NCBI RefSeq assembly: GCF_004010195.1
Contig: NC_057746.1
Coordinates: forward strand, 9,437,183 to 9,484,380
Origin: Chiloscyllium plagiosum
Taxonomy: Eukaryota
Reading direction: 5' to 3'
Length of the DNA: 47,198 nt
The notes under the pieces were generated by a model, which saw only the letters and a list, made by a program, of their open reading frames with translations, made no database searches and was not told the DNA's origin. This document shows positions 46,212-47,198 of this stretch, piece by piece (within the stretch, counting starts at the first letter, position 1; each line of letters starts with the position of its first letter). The translations under genes and the position numbers were made by a program.

Positions 46212-47198
46212 TAAACATAGAACAGTACAGCACAGAACAGGCCCTTCAGCCCACAATGTTGTGCCGACCACTGATCCTCATGTATGCACCCTCAAATTTC
46301 TGTCACCATACGTATGTCGAGGAGTCTCTTAAATGTCCCCAGTGACCCTGCCTCCACAACTGCTGCTGGCAATGCATTCCATGCTCTCACAACTCTCTGT
46401 GTAAAGAACCCGCCTCTGACATCCCCTCTATATTTTCCTCCAACCACCTTAAACCTATGACCCCTCGTGTTAGTCATTTCTGTCCTGGGAAATAGTCTCT
46501 GGCTATCAACTCCATCTATGCCTCTTATTACCTTGCATACCTCAATTAGGTAGCCTCTTCTCCAATGAGGAAAGTCCGAGCTCAGTCAACCTCTCCTTAT
46601 AAGATAAGCTCTCCAGTCCAGGCAGCATCCTGGTAAACCTCCTCTGAACCCTCTCCAAAGCATCCACATCTTTCTTATAATAGGGCGACCAGAACTGGAT
46701 GCAGTATTCCAAGTGCGGTCTAACCAAAGTTTTATAGAGCTGCAACAAGATCTCACGACTCTTAAACTCAATCCCCCTGTTAATGAAAGCCAAAACACCA
46801 TATGCTTTCTTAACAAATCTGTCCACTTGGGTGGCCATTTTAAGGGATCTATGTACCTGCACACCAAGATACCTTTGTTCCTCCACACTGCCAAGAATCC
46901 TATCCTTAATCCTGTACCCAGCTTTCAAATTTGACCTTCCAAAATGCATCACCTCGCATTTATCCACGTTGAACTCCATCTGCCACCTCTCAGCCCACCT
47001 CTGCATCCTGTCAATGTCCCGCTGCAGCCTACAACAGCCCTCTATACTGTCAACGACACCTCCAACCTTTGTGTCGTCTGCAAACTTGCTGACCCATCCT
47101 TCAAGCCCCTCATCCAAGTCATTAATAAAAATTACAAACAGTAGAGGCCCAAGGACAGAGCACTGTGGAACACCACCCACCACTGACTTCCAGGCAGA
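46212..47198 (-). mobile_element. CR1 RT 3' portion running off the window
   Basis: ORF 46542-47183 GVPQCSVLGP, KFADD, PHLEYC; 3' tail near 46215. Confidence 0.93.

Overview
Repeat-dense vertebrate genomic DNA, inferred to be from a cartilaginous fish (shark) because of its HE1/V-SINE, Deu-SINE, CR1 and Penelope repeats. It contains one complete six-exon + strand TRIM gene (RING-B-box-coiled coil-PRY/SPRY, about 530 aa, CDS 5195..19405). All splice sites are GT-AG and all phases are consistent. The gene is unusual in three ways: a 72-aa D/E-rich tract in the linker, a strongly acidic B30.2 domain (33 D/E vs 7 K/R), and an ISRE-like motif just upstream of the ATG. A probable signal-peptide first exon of a second gene lies at 42066..42138. 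Most of the rest is retroelements, including two long CR1 LINEs in opposite orientation and many CR1 3' fragments and SINEs. There is also a set of stereotyped fold-back Penelope-like insertions (13-15 bp TSD, 33-37 nt unpaired tail), several with minimal hammerhead ribozyme cores. A small inversion with a 281-bp inverted duplication is visible at about 600-2300. Repeat family names come from recognising motifs by eye, not from database searches, and repeat boundaries are approximate.
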